A DNA stretch of 64,000 bases, taken from positions 1 through 64,000 of the IMG/VR virus record IMGVR_UViG_3300006046_000001, one strand, 5' to 3'. Made by a program: the position numbers and the translations under genes. The DNA comes from a virus. Shown piece after piece: positions 30,330-40,087 of this stretch; position 1 is the first letter of the stretch; every line of letters starts with the position of its first letter. Under the pieces are notes generated by a model that did not search any database, had not been told where the DNA came from, and saw only the letters and a program-made list of their open reading frames with translations.

Positions 30330-33287
30330 GTGAAGTTCACTATCGCAATGGCTACTGGCGGCCTTCCCTTCCACGGCCGGTCTCTCGAAGAAGGTTCTCT
30401 TGGTGGTAGTGAAACTGCCTTCATCTATATGGCAAGGGCTCTAGCCAAGCTAGGCCATTCTGTCCACGCCTTCTGCGTGTGTCCAAAGCCTGGAGAGTAC
30501 GATGGTGTGCACTACCATCCTATTGAGCAGGCTCGTAAGCAGATCTTGACAATGCCGTATGACATTATCATTGCAAGCCGGTGGCCTGAGTTTCTCCGTG
30601 AACCTGGGAACTCAGGTTTGAGAATCATGTGGTGCCACGACACTCTGGTCGATGTAAACCGCTTCATGGGCAGCCTCTATCAAACAGATGAAGTGCTGTT
30701 CCTTAGCAAGTACCACCAAGAGAACTACAAGCGTCACATTCCTGAAGTTGAGCAGTTCTCTTGGATCACAAGAAACGGTGTAGACAGAGACACCATTGCT
30801 GCCAACATTCGTCCGAAGATCAAGGGCAAGGTGATCTACACAAGTCGTCCAGAACGCGGGCTACACTATCTGCTCTCGGACATCTTTCCTTTGATGCTGA
30901 ACAACAATCCAGATCTTGTTCTTCATTACTGCAACTACGATCTAAAGGGAATGCAGGTTCCTCCAGACGTAGAAGGCAAGATCAATGCCTGTGCTGAACT
31001 GGCTCGTCGTTTCCCGAAGAAGGTAGTCAACCTTGGCAGTCTCACTAAGGCTGAGCTCTACCAAGAGATTAGCTCTTCTGAATTGCTGCTGTACCCAACT
31101 GACTTCCCAGAGATCAGTTGCATTACAGCAATTGAGGCTCAAGCATGTGGCACACCAATCATCACTACCGATGACTTCGCTTTAAGAGAGACAGTCAATT
31201 CAGAAGCTGGAATTCTAATTCCAGGCAATCCTAACAGTGAAGATTACATTCAGCGCTTCGTCGGTTCTGCTGATGTCTTAAAAGATCAAGAGCTTATGGA
31301 GAACATGGCTGAGGCCGGACAAGAGTGGGTGAAAGAGCATTACGGATGGGATCAGATTGCTGCATCTTGGATGACACACTTTGAACTGCTCATGCATCGT
31401 CGCTGGGCATCCAGAAAGTCTTCTGTAATAACTCAACTGCTACGGCAAGGTGATATTGCTCCTGCTGAGATGATCTGTGAACGACATGCTCAAGAACTTC
31501 AAGACAAAGTTGATTCTGTTTGTAGATCTGCTACTTCAGACTTGATTACTCCTGAGAAGATTGCTGCCGGCTACAAAGGAGCAACCGGAAGATTCAAGAT
31601 GATGTGCGGACTTCTAAACCTCTTTGGTTTAGCACCCAAGACTGTCCTCGACTACCATCCTGGCTTCTGTTCTATCGGCCTGATGGTTAACCAGAACCTT
31701 CCTACTGCTCTAATAGACATAGACACAGGAAGCTTTCCAGAGTCGAAAAGTCATATTGAAAGTGTTGTGGCTACCATGGATAGAAGTGCCACAGTTACAG
31801 TCATTGATGACGGACAGGATCGCCCAACTGGACACTACGATCTGATCATCCTCAATGAAGTATTGGAATGGCAGATCAACCCACAACTCTATCTTAAGAA
31901 GCTGGCAAAGAATCTGTCTCCTGATGGAGTGTTCTGTCTTATCACTGAGTGCGGTCCTACGACCGAGCTTGCCAAAAACATGAGCAGAGGTCGGCTATGG
32001 AACTTGGGCTACTCAGAGCTCAAAGACATATTTGCCAATGAGTCTTTCTTTCATGGAGCTTTTGTTGATGCCGGAAAGAATGAAGCTGGAGAGATTCTTG
32101 GTCATTGGGTGTTCTTAGCCAAAGCTCCAAAGAACTTTGAGAATGTGGATCTCAAAAAGAAGATGTTGATAACCAGACCATATGAGTCGGTGTCAGCTTG
32201 TATCATTGCCGGAAACGAACAGGACAACATTGGTCCTATGCTGAAGTCTATTCAACCAATCTGTGATGAGATTCTGGTTGTAACTAACAGCAATGACGGA
32301 ACAGAAGATATCGCCAAGACTTATGGAGCAGTAGTTACACATCAAGAGTTTGACAACTTCTCTACTCAGAGAAATGCTTCGGTAATAAATGCTCAGGGAG
32401 ATTGGATCCTATGGATCGACTGCGACGAGAGACTTCATAAGGGCTTGAATGTTCGTAAGTATCTGTCCAATGGGATCTATGAAGCCTTGGTGATTAAGCA
32501 GATCCATCTCACTCTGGACAGCCTGAACAAGAACTTTGATATGCCAGCAAGGTTGTATAGGAACAAAGCTCATTACAAGTTCACCGGACTTATTCATGAG
32601 CATTGTGAGGATACGAGCAAAGGTCCGTATGACCATCCCATAGCTCCAAGAATGATGCTGCCAGATGTGGATCTTGCCCACCTAGGCTATCTGGAAGAAG
32701 GACTGAGAAGGAAGAAGTGCTCCAACAGGAATATGGCACTCCTTCGACGCTCGGTTCAAGAACAGCCTGAACGTCAGCTTACTTGGGTTCTAGTAATCAG
32801 AGACTATCTGAACATCTTGAAGTGGGAGGCCGAGGAGTCTAACTTCACCCTAGCTCTGGAAAGAGGTGGAGAACACCACAAGCTTCTCGAAGCAGTTGTG
32901 GAGACCTTCGTTGAACATTTCCCAAATGCGAAAGCTGGTTATCATGCCCTGGCTTATCCGATGTATCAAGAAGCTCTTAGCATCATGGGCAAGGCTGGTC
33001 TTCCATATAAGGAGTGCAGGATGCCTCCCTTCGAGATTGCTCTGTTCATTGGCGGAGGAATCGGTGGGTTACAAGGTGTGCCGGAACATCCTCAACGCAT
33101 TTGGTTCACCGACGCTAAGGATGCAATGCACCTTATCAACAAGAATGCTACTCTCATGCTTGTTGATATGGGTCTCTTGGACAGAGAAGAATATACAGGA
33201 CTGTTAGAAGCAGCTGACAACACTCCAATCTATGGAGCCCCTCCTGCCGCGGAAGCGTTGCTCGCCAATGGCGTCAATGTATTCTAA
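30330..33287 (+). CDS. three-domain fusion: GT4 (GT-B) glycosyltransferase, SAM-methyltransferase-like, GT2 (GT-A) glycosyltransferase
   Basis: GTG start with GGAG upstream. N-terminal GGSETAFIYMARALAKLGH and EISCITAIEAQACGTPIITTD (GT4). Middle VLDYHPGFCSIGL...YDLIILNEVLEW...LSPDGVF (class I MTase-like). SACIIAGNEQDNI...DGTEDIA...WILWIDCDERL (GT2 with DxD). Confidence 0.7.
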   Translation: MKFTIAMATGGLPFHGRSLEEGSLGGSETAFIYMARALAKLGHSVHAFCVCPKPGEYDGVHYHPIEQARKQILTMPYDIIIASRWPEFLREPGNSGLRIMWCHDTLVDVNRFMGSLYQTDEVLFLSKYHQENYKRHIPEVEQFSWITRNGVDRDTIAANIRPKIKGKVIYTSRPERGLHYLLSDIFPLMLNNNPDLVLHYCNYDLKGMQVPPDVEGKINACAELARRFPKKVVNLGSLTKAELYQEISSSELLLYPTDFPEISCITAIEAQACGTPIITTDDFALRETVNSEAGILIPGNPNSEDYIQRFVGSADVLKDQELMENMAEAGQEWVKEHYGWDQIAASWMTHFELLMHRRWASRKSSVITQLLRQGDIAPAEMICERHAQELQDKVDSVCRSATSDLITPEKIAAGYKGATGRFKMMCGLLNLFGLAPKTVLDYHPGFCSIGLMVNQNLPTALIDIDTGSFPESKSHIESVVATMDRSATVTVIDDGQDRPTGHYDLIILNEVLEWQINPQLYLKKLAKNLSPDGVFCLITECGPTTELAKNMSRGRLWNLGYSELKDIFANESFFHGAFVDAGKNEAGEILGHWVFLAKAPKNFENVDLKKKMLITRPYESVSACIIAGNEQDNIGPMLKSIQPICDEILVVTNSNDGTEDIAKTYGAVVTHQEFDNFSTQRNASVINAQGDWILWIDCDERLHKGLNVRKYLSNGIYEALVIKQIHLTLDSLNKNFDMPARLYRNKAHYKFTGLIHEHCEDTSKGPYDHPIAPRMMLPDVDLAHLGYLEEGLRRKKCSNRNMALLRRSVQEQPERQLTWVLVIRDYLNILKWEAEESNFTLALERGGEHHKLLEAVVETFVEHFPNAKAGYHALAYPMYQEALSIMGKAGLPYKECRMPPFEIALFIGGGIGGLQGVPEHPQRIWFTDAKDAMHLINKNATLMLVDMGLLDREEYTGLLEAADNTPIYGAPPAAEALLANGVNVF

Positions 33288-33302
33288 CTAGGTGGTCACG
33301 TG

Positions 33303-33395
33303 ATGAAGAAACGCAGAGTCAAGAAAGTGATGCGGACTTTTCTCAAGAAGAGCAATAAGCTCAAGTCCCGTCAGGCATATCGAAGGAAGCGATGA
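33303..33395 (+). CDS. 30-aa extremely basic peptide (speculative)
   Basis: MKKRRVKKVMRTFLKKSNKLKSRQAYRRKR. ATGA overlap with the next gene. Below the ORF-track size threshold. Confidence 0.3.
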   Translation: MKKRRVKKVMRTFLKKSNKLKSRQAYRRKR

Positions 33396-33772
33396 TTGTT
33401 CTCTTTGAGAGCATTGCCACTAGTCTACAGTCCTATGGATTAGGAACTATAGGCAGTGATCTCTTCATTGGACAGCTTCCCAGCACACCGTATGAGTCTA
33501 CTGTTATTGCTCCAAGTGGTGGTTACGAGATCTCTGGGGATAAGGTTAACAGACCTGCTGTCCAGTTTCTTCATCGGTCTGTAAAGTACAATGACGGCTG
33601 GACCTATATCAACAGCTTGAATACTCTGTTCGCTGATAAGTTCAACAAGTTGGGTTGTTCTTATCCAGGACGGTTTGCCAGACAGAGTGCTCCAGGTCCT
33701 TACTACAAAGATGAGAATGGACACTTTGTATTCTCACTAAACTTAGTATTCATCACTACTAAAGTTGGGTAA
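33392..33772 (+). CDS. tail terminator / head-tail joining protein (SPP1 gp17-like, putative)
   Basis: LQSYGLGTIGSDLFIGQLPSTP...VQFLHRSVKY fits the minor-capsid-2/gp17-like pattern. Lies just upstream of the tail tube gene. Confidence 0.4.
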   Translation: MIVLFESIATSLQSYGLGTIGSDLFIGQLPSTPYESTVIAPSGGYEISGDKVNRPAVQFLHRSVKYNDGWTYINSLNTLFADKFNKLGCSYPGRFARQSAPGPYYKDENGHFVFSLNLVFITTKVG

Positions 33773-33812
33773 TAAGATTGGTGTCTCACCTAGGACTCGT
33801 TGGAGGTAGGAA

Positions 33813-34652
33813 ATGACTCGCCGCTCTTACTCGAACCCGATCAATCCGGTTGAGACGAATCTTGCGATTGAACAGATCATCATCGCAGAGTATCCGACAA
33901 CTTTCACTCGGGCCAGAGTTGATCTTGACGCTCTGCCTTCTGGGTTCTACGACCTCGGCAGCGTAGTTGAAGATACTCCAATGGTTCGAGTGACCAGAAC
34001 CAAGTTCAGCTTGGAAGTGGGCTTGCCGAAGATTCGGCAGTTTGAAGCAGTCACAGGTTTTTCCGCTCAGTTGCAGTTCACTCTGAACTCGAACTCATGG
34101 CGGAAAGTCCAAGTCGCGTTCGGCAATTACACAGCTGCTTCGAGCGCCGTGGCTTGTGCTTCGGTGTCGAGCGTGTTCAGTGATGGGTTGACCTTTGTTC
34201 TGTCCAGCACACCCACTACGCCTTTCGCGGTCGGTCAGCAGATCATCATTTCTTCGCCCGGCGGACAAGACGCGATTGACGGTTTGGAAGTGGTCATTGC
34301 TTCTATCACGACCGGCAATCTCGTGTACTCTCTGGCTGCGAATCCCTACAAGTCCATTACAGCTGGACTCTTGGCTTACGCTTACTCTGGTGTCACCCAA
34401 GTCCTTGGCGGTCCTCGCATCCGTTATTTCCACGTTCTCGGAATTGCGGACTTCTTGGACGGTGTGCAAGTTATCCATGACTTCGCCAAGATGGCTCCTG
34501 CAGAAGACTGGGAAGAGAAGTTCACGCCGGACCAGAACGGCAGAATCCCGATCACAATGAATGCTCTCGGATTTAACACCACTATCGGGAGCTGCAGTCA
34601 ACAGGTAGTCGGTCTCAGGCATTACTTGCCGCCGTTGTCTACTGGGTGCTAG
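33813..34652 (+). CDS. major tail (tube) protein (putative)
   Basis: Called by position: 279-aa gene immediately upstream of the chaperone pair and tape measure. Confidence 0.5.
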   Translation: MTRRSYSNPINPVETNLAIEQIIIAEYPTTFTRARVDLDALPSGFYDLGSVVEDTPMVRVTRTKFSLEVGLPKIRQFEAVTGFSAQLQFTLNSNSWRKVQVAFGNYTAASSAVACASVSSVFSDGLTFVLSSTPTTPFAVGQQIIISSPGGQDAIDGLEVVIASITTGNLVYSLAANPYKSITAGLLAYAYSGVTQVLGGPRIRYFHVLGIADFLDGVQVIHDFAKMAPAEDWEEKFTPDQNGRIPITMNALGFNTTIGSCSQQVVGLRHYLPPLSTGC

Positions 34653-34674
34653 CTCCCTCTTATAGGAGCTAGTA

Positions 34675-35226
34675 ATGGATGAAGCCACGACAGTTAGTGG
34701 CGTAGATCAGGTGAAGGTATCCGAAGAAGTAGTTCGGAAGGCTTTCTCTGAACGCTTCCTGAACCTCGATGAGAGCGATCACGAACAGCTCTCCAAGGTT
34801 CTCTTTCCAGACACGCACAAAACAGATGTGCCTCTCTTAGGCAAGTCGAGACCTATCCGTCCTCTGTCTGTCAAGGCAGGACGATCTGTCTATCAAGCTC
34901 TAAAGCCCTTCGCTCTCAAGCAAAGAGAAGCGATGAAAGAGGGCACTATGGTAGACATGACAGAGGATGTCCTCCAGGCTTTGTTTGCCACGACTACCGC
35001 TCTTGCAGATTTCTACGATTGGGAAGATGTGAAGAAGGCTGTGGTTGACGAAACCATTTCTATGACAGAGATGCAAGATCTAGTGATCTCTCAAGAGCAG
35101 ATCGACGGAGCCAACAATTTTTTGCTCGGCGGCTTGCGAGTTCTTATCAACGTGATGAGGCTCAACGAGATGGTGGGTCTAAAATACCTGAGCATGCTTT
35201 CTTCGCCTTCCTCTGCGAGAAGCTGA
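34675..35226 (+). CDS. tail assembly chaperone (G-like)
   Basis: Acidic 183-aa protein directly upstream of the tape measure. Contains a slippery heptamer and an overlapping -1 ORF. Confidence 0.6.
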   Translation: MDEATTVSGVDQVKVSEEVVRKAFSERFLNLDESDHEQLSKVLFPDTHKTDVPLLGKSRPIRPLSVKAGRSVYQALKPFALKQREAMKEGTMVDMTEDVLQALFATTTALADFYDWEDVKKAVVDETISMTEMQDLVISQEQIDGANNFLLGGLRVLINVMRLNEMVGLKYLSMLSSPSSARS

Positions 35227-35447
35227 GCTGTACTTTAGACCAACTCGTAAGTAAGCATACAGAAGGACAACTGACAATCATCACCAGTGGATTTTCAGTA
35301 TTAGAGAAACGACGTGAAGAAGCCATGGAGAAAGCAAGGGCTGAACCCAAGGCAGAGAAGTCAGAAAAGCCAAAGAGACGGTTCAAGGAAATGACCGGTG
35401 CAGAGTATATGAGGTACGTAGACCAAGCTAGTGGAGGGAAGTTCTAA
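34675..35447 (+). CDS. tail assembly chaperone, -1 frameshift fusion product (G-T-like)
   Basis: The -1 frame is open from 35049 to stop 35445-47 and fills the otherwise ORF-free gap 35227-35447. A shift at T_TTT_TTG (35118-24) gives ...DGANNF-(F/L)-ARRLASSYQRDE...GGKF. Confidence 0.55.
35118..35124 (+). other. candidate programmed -1 ribosomal frameshift heptamer T TTT TTG
   Basis: In zero frame: aaT TTT TTG (N-F-L), matching X XXY YYZ. Position is the classic one for G/GT frameshifting between the tail tube and tape measure genes. Confidence 0.55.
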
Positions 35448-38400
35448 ATGATGGAGCTTGGAGGAATCTCGTGGGCGTTTGAAGCCAAGTATATTGGCGA
35501 AGAGCAGATGAAAAAGGCTGCTAAGGATATCCATGCCCTCCAAGATGCCACAGGCTCTTTAGCAGAGGCAGAGACCAAGCTAGCTGCAGCTACTAAAGAA
35601 GCTGAGAAAGCACAGAAGGCTTTCGATGCTGCAGGACATGCGAAGAACTACCAAGTCTTGCAATCAGCAATTCAGGGAGTTGCTTCTGCCCATGCTATCT
35701 GGGCTAAGGAGTTGGACAAGGTAGCTCTGGCTTCTATAAGAGCAGAAGAAGCTCTGTCTCGGCAGTTTGCAGCTGCTCAACAACTCTCTAGGCTTGGACA
35801 AGTAGGTGGAAGAGCTAACGGTACAAGTGGCAGTCTTGCTACTAGTATCATGGCGCAGTACGGTGGACAAACCTATCCAACTGCTCCAACACCTGCTCCA
35901 CTGTATCAAGGACCTGGATCACCTACCAACCAAGGTGATGTTGCTCGCTATAGCGTACTTGCTAGTGCAGCAGATAGAGCTGGCATTTCTGTTAGAGAGT
36001 TGACTACCAAAGTCAAAGAAGACTCTGCTGCACAAAAAGAGAAAGGTAAGACCAATACCAACCTTTCTCAGACGTTCAATCAACTTTCTCAGAACGTCCA
36101 GATTGCTTCGGTGGCTATCAGCACCTTAGCTGCCGCATTAGGTGCTGGCAGATTTACTGAGTTCCTTACTGAAGCAACTCTTCTTGCTGCTCGTGTTGAG
36201 AACCTAGGTACCGTTGTCAACAATGTAGGTTCTATTGCTGGGTACAGCAGAGGACAGCTGAAAGCTTTTGAAGATTCAGTAAAGCGCCTAGGCATCACCA
36301 CCAGACAAACTCGTGAAGCATTAGCTTTCTTAATCCAAGGTGAGTTCGATCTAAGCAATGCTGCTAAGCTAGCTAGAATTGCTCAAGATGCCGCAGTCAT
36401 TGCCCAGATCAATTCCAGCGAAGCTTTCGAGCGCCTAGTTATTGCCATCCAAAGAACCAACAGTTGGATGCTGCGTAACTTGGGCATTATGGTGAATCTG
36501 AACAACATCTATCGTGACTTTGCCATCAGCAATGGTCGTGTCATTACAACTCTGTCAACACATGAAAAGCAGCAGCTCCTACTCAATGAGGTAATGAGAA
36601 AGGGTACATTGATCCAAGGTACTTATGAAGCAGCCTTGGGAGACACTTACAAACAATTCACTTCTTTGACCAGAGTGTTTGAAGAAGCTCGAGTGCAGCT
36701 GGGCGAACAGTTCCAGCCTATCTTTGCTGACTTAGTTCAAACTTCTGGATACTTGGCAGTTAGCTTTGGTAAGCTCAGTGATGAGTCAAAAGCTTTGATT
36801 GCAGCTCTTGCCGCTGGTGCTGCAGTTACATTGTCTATGGGAGCGGCAGTAGGAATCTTGTCAATTGCCGTGGTAGCAGCAACAGCCGCTTTCGGAACTT
36901 GGATCGGTGCTTTGCTTTTGCTCGGAACGGTAATGACAGGAGGTATTGCTGGAGCCTATCTCTACTCGCAAGCCCTTGAAGCAGGTGTCGTTAGATCAAT
37001 CAAGAGAGCGGGCGACGCTGGTGCTGCTACAGCTTCTAAAGTAGAAGATCTTTCTGTAGCATACAAGAAGCTTCTTGGTCTTTCTGAAGAGGAAAGCAAA
37101 GGTCCTTTATCAGAACTACAACTTCAAGAGGTTCGGAACCTTCTGGACGAGATCATCCAACTCATACCAGAATTTGGTGCAAAGCTTCAGCAGCTTGATC
37201 TTAAGAAGCCTGGAGAGATTGCTCGGATCTTGAAAGAGATCAGTCAAGACGTAGCTCTTTCAGCAGACCAACGTCTGGACATGCTACGTGCTACTCTAGA
37301 GCAAGTAAACAAAGAGATTGAAGATCTGAGAAAGCAAACGAAGCAACCTCTTACCGGCAGAGGGGCAGTTGGCGAAGAGCTTGGTCTTGGCCCATTCTTC
37401 ACCAACCAGAGAGAAGAGGCTCAGGCCAAGCTTAATGAGAAGTTGAGGGAGCAAGCAAACCTTCAAGGACAGATTGGTGAGATCTCAGTACATAGTGATG
37501 CTCTCATTGCTCGTTCCTTTCAAGCAAGACTTAAGCAACAAGAAACTGCTTATAACTTGGCTCTCAGAATCGCCAATCAGTTCAATCAGAAGAGGATCGA
37601 AGCCTGGGCTTCTGCTGACGTTCAGATCTATCAAGAGTACAAGAAGAACCTCGACAATCTATCTCTGCTTACTATTAGCAGCGGTGAGACAATAGCTGGT
37701 ATCAATGCCCAGGCGGCTATCAGAGCTGGAGAGTTACGGGCAGAAGCAGAAAAGAACACAAAGGCTCACCCAGAAGACGCCGCTAAGATTCAAGAAGTCT
37801 TGAAAGGTCAGCTAGCAGCCCTTGAGAGATCTAAAGCTGATCAGACTAAAGAGATTGAAGAGCAGAAGAAAGCAATCTTGGACACTATCAAAGATGTGGA
37901 CAACCTTGCTGATCTAGAAATGGAGAAGATCAAGAAGCAGACAGAGCTACAGAAAGCATCTAATGATCTTATCACTGGTGGCGAAGATGAGCGTATTGCC
38001 AGACTGCAGATGAACTTGCAGAAAGAACAGAGCCTTCTCAAAGGTACTCTAAAGGTCATGGATGAACTTGCTGCCGAAGCAAATGAAGAAAAGAAGAAGC
38101 TGAACGAAGAGCTTGCTGCTAATACAGATCCAAACAATGTTCCTGGTATTGAAGCTAACATTGAACGGCAAGATAAGCTCTTAGAAAGACTGGCAGCACT
38201 TAGAGTTGTTCACGAAGCGAGAGCCGCTCAGGACATCAAAGAGATTGAGCAAGAGCTTGCTGCTGCTCGCAAGAAGATCCGAGAGGACTTAGAGAAAGAT
38301 CTAGCTGATCTAGAAGACAAGCGTCTCAAGCTAGTTCAGGATCTCAAAGACAAAGAAATGGACATGGAGCGTAAGCGGCATGAAGAAGCCCTGCGTCTCA

Positions 38401-39644
38401 GAAAGAAAGAACTCGACATTGAGAAAGACAACATCAATGAAAGAGAGAAGGCTCTCAAGGATCTAGAGAAGCACGCCAAGGACGAGTTCGACAGGCGAGT
38501 CAAGAGGATTGAAGCTGAGCGTGAGTTCAATAAGCTGATTGCCCAAGGCATGTCTCCAATGGCTGCCCTAGGTCAGGTTGCTGAGAAGTTTATCAAAGGT
38601 CCAGAAGATCTTGCCTTTGAAGATGGCGGTCCTGGCAGAGGTCGTAGAGCTGGACTACAACAGAAGCAGCAGGAGAAGCTTGCGAAAGAAGCTGATCAGA
38701 GAGTCAAGAATGAAGTTGATCGCTTAATCCTCAGAGGTATGGATCCTGAGCGAGCCAAGCAAATCGCCCAGAATAGATTCGGTGGCGGTGGCGGTGGAGA
38801 TCTAGGCCAGTTTGCCAACGCCATCAAGAACAAACTTGAAGAAGTAGACAAAGACAAGAAAGCCCTTGAAGAGAAGCAGAAAGCTCTTCGCCTAGATGAA
38901 GAGAAAGCTCACGAGGTAAGGGTCGTCCAAGAGTTTGAGAAGGCTGAGAAGACCAGAGAAGATATCCTTCTTGAACTCAGGAAGATGAACAAAGAGATTG
39001 ACGACGCCAAGAAGAAGAAAGATGAAGCTGCTGCCAGAGAGGGCGGTGCTGTAGCAGCTGTTCCAGCTATGCCAGAAGTAGGTGCTTTAGCTGCAGAAGC
39101 AGTAGATGCTGACAAGAACAGAAAGGCGAAGATTGCAGCGTCGATCAAGTCTTTGCAAGACGAAGAAGCGAAGAACGAGACAGCGTTTAATCAGGCTCAG
39201 TTGGTAGGAGATCAAGCAGGCATGGATGCCGCTATGAAAAAGTCTCAAGAACTTACCGCGTTAAAGCGGCAGAAGCAAGAAGAGCTAGGGCAGGGCAACG
39301 CTGGTCTGCAAGGACTGGAACCTGCTGCTGGAGGACTGCCTGGTCTTGGCTTTCCAGAACCTGAGATCCCTCAGATCAACTTTGGTGCTCCAAGAGGTGG
39401 GTTCGGAGTTGGCATGCCAGCCAATCTAATGCAGCAAGTTCCTGACGGAGCTAGAGAAGCGGCAGATGCAATGGGACAACAGAAAGATGCTCTCGACAAA
39501 TTGTCCTCTACCATAGGAGCTGGGTTCAGTCAAGTGGCAGCTGGTGCTCTTGCGGCTGCTGATGCGGCGAATGCCGCTACAGCTGCTCTAATACAAGACG
39601 GACAAGACTTCGAGAGAGAGTTTTCCGCGAAAGGCTTAGCCTAA
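35448..39644 (+). CDS. tape measure protein
   Basis: 1398 aa, follows the chaperones. Central hydrophobic block (ALIAALAAGAAVTLSMGAAVGILSIAVVAATAAFGTWIGALLLLGTVMTGGIAG) and a very long K/E-rich coiled coil. Confidence 0.85.
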   Translation: MMELGGISWAFEAKYIGEEQMKKAAKDIHALQDATGSLAEAETKLAAATKEAEKAQKAFDAAGHAKNYQVLQSAIQGVASAHAIWAKELDKVALASIRAEEALSRQFAAAQQLSRLGQVGGRANGTSGSLATSIMAQYGGQTYPTAPTPAPLYQGPGSPTNQGDVARYSVLASAADRAGISVRELTTKVKEDSAAQKEKGKTNTNLSQTFNQLSQNVQIASVAISTLAAALGAGRFTEFLTEATLLAARVENLGTVVNNVGSIAGYSRGQLKAFEDSVKRLGITTRQTREALAFLIQGEFDLSNAAKLARIAQDAAVIAQINSSEAFERLVIAIQRTNSWMLRNLGIMVNLNNIYRDFAISNGRVITTLSTHEKQQLLLNEVMRKGTLIQGTYEAALGDTYKQFTSLTRVFEEARVQLGEQFQPIFADLVQTSGYLAVSFGKLSDESKALIAALAAGAAVTLSMGAAVGILSIAVVAATAAFGTWIGALLLLGTVMTGGIAGAYLYSQALEAGVVRSIKRAGDAGAATASKVEDLSVAYKKLLGLSEEESKGPLSELQLQEVRNLLDEIIQLIPEFGAKLQQLDLKKPGEIARILKEISQDVALSADQRLDMLRATLEQVNKEIEDLRKQTKQPLTGRGAVGEELGLGPFFTNQREEAQAKLNEKLREQANLQGQIGEISVHSDALIARSFQARLKQQETAYNLALRIANQFNQKRIEAWASADVQIYQEYKKNLDNLSLLTISSGETIAGINAQAAIRAGELRAEAEKNTKAHPEDAAKIQEVLKGQLAALERSKADQTKEIEEQKKAILDTIKDVDNLADLEMEKIKKQTELQKASNDLITGGEDERIARLQMNLQKEQSLLKGTLKVMDELAAEANEEKKKLNEELAANTDPNNVPGIEANIERQDKLLERLAALRVVHEARAAQDIKEIEQELAAARKKIREDLEKDLADLEDKRLKLVQDLKDKEMDMERKRHEEALRLRKKELDIEKDNINEREKALKDLEKHAKDEFDRRVKRIEAEREFNKLIAQGMSPMAALGQVAEKFIKGPEDLAFEDGGPGRGRRAGLQQKQQEKLAKEADQRVKNEVDRLILRGMDPERAKQIAQNRFGGGGGGDLGQFANAIKNKLEEVDKDKKALEEKQKALRLDEEKAHEVRVVQEFEKAEKTREDILLELRKMNKEIDDAKKKKDEAAAREGGAVAAVPAMPEVGALAAEAVDADKNRKAKIAASIKSLQDEEAKNETAFNQAQLVGDQAGMDAAMKKSQELTALKRQKQEELGQGNAGLQGLEPAAGGLPGLGFPEPEIPQINFGAPRGGFGVGMPANLMQQVPDGAREAADAMGQQKDALDKLSSTIGAGFSQVAAGALAAADAANAATAALIQDGQDFEREFSAKGLA

Positions 39645-40087
39645 TGCCTTGCGATCTAGACCTTACTAAGTGCACTCTGCTGTTTCCAAACAGCCCTCTA
39701 GGAGACTCTGTCGTAGGCTGGAAGACCAACTCCAAGCTCGCTACTGAACCCAATGTCCGGCAGAACTTCTGGGCCAACAGAGTCATCATTGATGGTCGAT
39801 ACCCAGCACTGTATCATCAACATGAGTTCATTATTTACGTTGAGAAGAATGATCCACGACTGTACGCCAAGCAGTTGTTCGACTATCAACGTACTCTAAT
39901 TAGCTCAAGTTCTCAGACGTTGAAACTCTACAGACCTGAGACGTCAACAGATGTAATAGCGTTTGGATCGTGCTACATGCTTCCAGTTGAGCAGAACAGT
40001 CCAGAAGATTTGTTTCTGTTCCAGGCTGGGTACATGCGCTTTCAATTCTGGGGAACTGAAGTTCCTTCTGTGATAACCACGCCATAA
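39644..40087 (+). CDS. hypothetical tail protein (distal tail protein-like position)
   Basis: 147 aa with ATGA-type overlap with the tape measure stop. Called by position only. Confidence 0.35.
   Translation: MPCDLDLTKCTLLFPNSPLGDSVVGWKTNSKLATEPNVRQNFWANRVIIDGRYPALYHQHEFIIYVEKNDPRLYAKQLFDYQRTLISSSSQTLKLYRPETSTDVIAFGSCYMLPVEQNSPEDLFLFQAGYMRFQFWGTEVPSVITTP

Noticed and set aside
34095-34688. 197-aa minus-strand ORF
   Set aside because: It is antisense to the putative tail tube gene within a uniformly rightward operon. It looks like a shadow ORF.
37841-39148. Ser/Phe-rich minus-strand ORFs inside the tape measure gene (37841..38161, 38336..38551, 38909..39148)
   Set aside because: They are reverse-complement readings of the GAA/AAG/GAG-rich coiled-coil coding sequence and have no independent support.
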